Origin: a virus
Reading direction: 5' to 3' (one strand)
DNA: 64,000 nt
Virus record (IMG/VR): IMGVR_UViG_3300044974_000700
Location: 1 to 64,000 of that record
Shown here: in pieces, positions 60,939 to 64,000 of the stretch
How positions within the stretch are numbered: the stretch's first letter is position 1
Layout: each line of letters opens with the position of its first letter
The notes under the pieces: model-generated
The model's input: only the letters and a program-made list of their open reading frames with translations
The model's database searches: none
Told to the model about the DNA's origin: nothing
Translations under genes and position numbers: made by a program

Positions 60939-61203
60939 TTAACATCCTTTTAATTTGATTTCTATGTTTTGATACGTTTCCCTTTTCGCATTTAGAACAA
61001 ATTAAAGACTGGTTGTACCTACTTAAACGAGATTTACAATACTTACATTCTCTTTTAACTCCAGACCTGATTGCTTTTTTTTCATAATATTTTTCCATTA
61101 TTTTTTTATTTGTTGCAATTCTGCAGCATTCATCACAACAATATTTTTGATTATGAGTTTTAGGATTGAAATCCTTAGCGCATTCTTTATTACCGCATAT
61201 CAT
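60916..61203 (-). CDS. Cys-rich zinc-binding protein
   Basis: Multiple CxxC motifs. Confidence 0.6.
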   Translation of the reverse strand: MICGNKECAKDFNPKTHNQKYCCDECCRIATNKKIMEKYYEKKAIRSGVKRECKYCKSRLSRYNQSLICSKCEKGNVSKHRNQIKRMLNDISQPD

Positions 61204-61976
61204 ATTTTAATTGGCTCATACGGAGCTATTTCTACTAGCCCCTCCTCTATAGACCAGCATTCTTTTTTTACTGGACAGTTTTTACATTGAGATGCAGATT
61301 TTTTAAATGGACGAATTGGAAGGTCTCCATCATTAAAGTTATCATAAACAGAGCAAAGCCATTCAAATAATTCTTCAATAATTTTTTTATTTCTATCATT
61401 CATTTGAATAGGAATAATCAAAACCTGCTGAGTATTTTTATTTTCATATAAAAAGAAACCCTCTTTGACATTTCTTAATTTCATATATGTCAATAATTGC
61501 AATAAATGATTTGGAGCAGGACTCATTTTACCCTGATACGTATCCCAGCTTTCTTGCTTTGCAGTCTTTATTTCTCCAATAACCTCTTCGTTATTCCAGT
61601 CCAGTATCACATCGATGAATCCCCTTATTGGTGGATATTCATTTATAATTTCGTACTCTTCATGTTTCATAACACCCATTTTTGTAATCATTTTTTGTAT
61701 TCTTTCATGAGCCTGGGTGCCTTGAGACATATTTGCAATAGCTACAGAATCATTTTCATCTATAAACATTGCACCAGAGAATGCTAAATACCAATATCTT
61801 GGACAATTACCGTGTCCATACCCTAAAGAACTTGGACTAAAACTAGTCTTTGTTGTTTTTTGATTAGGTTTTTTTGTTGACAAATAAGCATCATTTAACA
61901 TTTTAGAAAATGAAGATGGGTCAAAGTTACCTGTATTTTTTTTAAATTTTAAATTGTTTACTATTTCTCTAGCCAT
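61200..61976 (-). CDS. Cas4/RecB-like PD-(D/E)XK exonuclease
   Basis: CPR, G...H, G.ID, EIKT, Q...Y, C..CP....C. Confidence 0.8.
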   Translation of the reverse strand: MAREIVNNLKFKKNTGNFDPSSFSKMLNDAYLSTKKPNQKTTKTSFSPSSLGYGHGNCPRYWYLAFSGAMFIDENDSVAIANMSQGTQAHERIQKMITKMGVMKHEEYEIINEYPPIRGFIDVILDWNNEEVIGEIKTAKQESWDTYQGKMSPAPNHLLQLLTYMKLRNVKEGFFLYENKNTQQVLIIPIQMNDRNKKIIEELFEWLCSVYDNFNDGDLPIRPFKKSASQCKNCPVKKECWSIEEGLVEIAPYEPIKI

Positions 61977-62313
61977 TATATCTTACGACATACTTGAGGG
62001 CATCCACAAGTTTATCTATTGACTCCTTTGCTGAATAATATATGTTCTTCTTATTGTTATTTGCAGTGCCCGCTTTATCTTTTGCAATTGTAGAATACAC
62101 CGCAGCCATCATAGAGAATTTTGTAGACATAGCCTGCAACTCAATAATTAACTGCGGTGCTTTAGCAGCGGGAACATCTGGATTCATTAAAAGCTTAACA
62201 ACAATTGATAAAGCTTTATCTAACTGTTCGTCTTTCATATACTCATGAAGGTCATTAAATTCAGTTATTTTATTAATTAATTCCAAGGTGTTCACGTCTG
62301 ACATGCTATCCAA
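61969..62313 (-). CDS. Hypothetical protein
   Basis: Coupled within the replication operon. Confidence 0.6.
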   Translation of the reverse strand: MDSMSDVNTLELINKITEFNDLHEYMKDEQLDKALSIVVKLLMNPDVPAAKAPQLIIELQAMSTKFSMMAAVYSTIAKDKAGTANNNKKNIYYSAKESIDKLVDALKYVVRYNG

Positions 62314-62467
62314 CCATAATTCTTGTAACTAATGCATAGCCGATCCACAATCCAACTATTCCCATAAGTCCAGCAAAAACTGGAGGAGCTGGAATTGGCA
62401 ACTTAAATGCACTAAAAATTCCACCAACGACGGTACCGACTAATGTTGTTAAAAATATTTCTTTCAT
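62306..62467 (-). CDS. XapX/DUF1427-family small membrane protein
   Basis: LPIPAPP..AGL.GI.G.W.GY. Confidence 0.7.
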   Translation of the reverse strand: MKEIFLTTLVGTVVGGIFSAFKLPIPAPPVFAGLMGIVGLWIGYALVTRIMVG

Positions 62468-62868
62468 TAAAATGGTACCTCTACTTCATCAAAAAATTTA
62501 TCTGATGCACGATCTTTCTGAAGACTATAAGAAGTTACTGCTATGCAGTGTCCCTCCATCTGCTTATATACCTTAACCTCGTGCTCACTTCTGTTATTCC
62601 CAGATTTATCGGTCCAAGTAGATTCGTATATGGTGCCAGTGAGGGTTATCTCTTGACCCTTTTTAATAGTATGTCTTGCCTGTTCAGCAAATCTGCCCCA
62701 AAGTTTTACAGTCCACCATGAGGTTGCGGAATCTTCATACTTTCCTGTCTCTTCATTTTTTACTCTATCATGTGTAACCACACGCAGCCTAAGACCTGTA
62801 TCTCCAATTGGAGCTGGGTCTTGGCCAAGCCTACCTACTAATGTAATAGTTGGATTTGGCATCTTCAT
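62467..62868 (-). CDS. ssb: Single-stranded DNA-binding protein
   Basis: ITLVGRLGQDP, W..V..W, KKG, C-terminal EVPF. Confidence 0.85.
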   Translation of the reverse strand: MKMPNPTITLVGRLGQDPAPIGDTGLRLRVVTHDRVKNEETGKYEDSATSWWTVKLWGRFAEQARHTIKKGQEITLTGTIYESTWTDKSGNNRSEHEVKVYKQMEGHCIAVTSYSLQKDRASDKFFDEVEVPF

Positions 62869-63197
62869 TCTCCCTTTTCTGAAGCCTCTACTATTTTATC
62901 AAGTAAAGACCAAGCTTCTACTAGATCCTCTAGCATAGCCCATTCAATTACGGCAAGTCTTACTTTTTTCTTTTCGCCTATAATTAACTTTAATGCTGGA
63001 TACTTTTCTCTACTAACCTTAAAAGTATCCGTGCAGATCTTAGACCAAACATCTTGATTTAATGTAAAAGATGATTTTGATTCTTTATAATCTACAACAA
63101 ACTGATTCCACTGGGCGTCGCCTTTTTGGTATTGGCCACGTCCAGAATTTTTTTGCGCCTTTGCCCCATCTCTTTTAGCTTCGCCACGTTCTGTCAT
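62865..63197 (-). CDS. Small PD-(D/E)XK nuclease/resolvase-like protein
   Basis: NSGRG..KGD, VDYKE. Confidence 0.6.
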   Translation of the reverse strand: MTERGEAKRDGAKAQKNSGRGQYQKGDAQWNQFVVDYKESKSSFTLNQDVWSKICTDTFKVSREKYPALKLIIGEKKKVRLAVIEWAMLEDLVEAWSLLDKIVEASEKGE

Positions 63198-63391
63198 TGA
63201 TTAACCGATACATTATTTTCATGACCATTACTACATGTCCATGTCATAATAAACTTAATTGGGTCCCAATAATACTCTTTAACATCTAACTCACATTTAA
63301 AACAAGGTTTAGATCCAATTACTTTTTCTAAAGTACTGATATTTTCTTGTGTTGGTTTTGGTCCAATAAACTCATTAATATCTGGCATCAA
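63194..63391 (-). CDS. Small Zn-ribbon protein
   Basis: CFKC, CSNGH. Confidence 0.55.
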   Translation of the reverse strand: MMPDINEFIGPKPTQENISTLEKVIGSKPCFKCELDVKEYYWDPIKFIMTWTCSNGHENNVSVNQ

Positions 63392-64000
63392 TTTCTTCTT
63401 TCAAATTATCAACTACATCAGGATTATCTTTAAGATATTGAACTGCTTTTGCTCTTCCCTGTAATCTTTCTCCATTTACTGTATACCATGCTCCGCCTTT
63501 TTCCACGATACCGCACATTTCTGCAACATCTAAAGTTTCTCCAACTCCATCTACTCCTAAAGTTTCTCCTTGGAAGTAGAAATCATATTGTCCAGATAGA
63601 TTTGGGGGCCCAAGTTTGTTGTAATCAATAATCCAATTAACTGGTCTTCCGACTCTTTGTTCAATAATTTTATCGCCAACCTTAATGCCAGATTTGATAG
63701 CATTAGCCTCAGCCTCGGAAGACCAAAGCTTAATGACTGTGGAGGAAAAGAATTTGACTGCCATTCCTCCCGTAGGTATGTGGCTGGCATGCATAGAGCC
63801 AAATTGATTTCTTTGTTGGGAAATGAGAACAAGTAATGTATTTTTGTTTGCATAATTTAACATTTTGACCGCATGGGTCATATCCTTTGCTTCTGCGCCT
63901 ATTTGTTTTGTGTCCTCAAGTTTTTTGAGTTCATCTGAATCTTTTTCAAAATATATTGCAGGAAGAAGCGCAGATATAGAATCAACTACAATTATATCTA
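63375..64000 (-). CDS. recA: RecA/UvsX-like recombinase (partial, start beyond window)
   Basis: IVVDS, ISQ.R, PTGG.A.KF.SS, KGGAWY, QGR. Confidence 0.85.
   Translation of the reverse strand, partial: DIIVVDSISALLPAIYFEKDSDELKKLEDTKQIGAEAKDMTHAVKMLNYANKNTLLVLISQQRNQFGSMHASHIPTGGMAVKFFSSTVIKLWSSEAEANAIKSGIKVGDKIIEQRVGRPVNWIIDYNKLGPPNLSGQYDFYFQGETLGVDGVGETLDVAEMCGIVEKGGAWYTVNGERLQGRAKAVQYLKDNPDVVDNLKEEIDARY

Noticed and set aside
61200-61976. Cas4 as part of a CRISPR-Cas system
   Set aside because: No cas1/cas2 or array; it sits in a phage recombination operon with RecA, SSB and RuvC.

Overview
This window is part of a large, AT-rich tailed-phage genome. The host is almost certainly an actinobacterium, probably a low-GC freshwater lineage, inferred from WhiB, an Lsr2-type domain, an MSMEG_6728-family glycosylase, AhpC/AhpD and GAAAGGA ribosome-binding sites. 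Layout: 1-7.7 kb tail-fibre/virion genes (minus strand); class II RNR and a lytic transglycosylase; 11-16.7 kb and 29-54 kb accessory regions with many 2OG-Fe(II) oxygenases, two luciferase-like monooxygenases, a sulfotransferase, a carbamoyltransferase (with an in-frame amber), SpeD, thioredoxin, Hsp20, proteases and a CHAP lysin; 8 tRNAs; terminase, APS kinase, RuvC, Cas4-like nuclease, SSB and RecA at the right end. The most striking part is a plus-strand island of small, probably early, genes at about 16.8-28.7 kb, whose non-coding DNA is built from host-type control sites. It holds at least 17 copies of the actinobacterial PafBC/RecA-NDp DNA-damage promoter TGTCRG-N10-TANNNT, CRP boxes paired at fixed spacing with WhiA-type GACAC motifs, a DnaA-box cluster and a repeated AACGAAAGGAA leader. 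It also contains a candidate sRNA carrying the exact antisense of that leader. All protein calls come from motif recognition by eye; no database searches were run.
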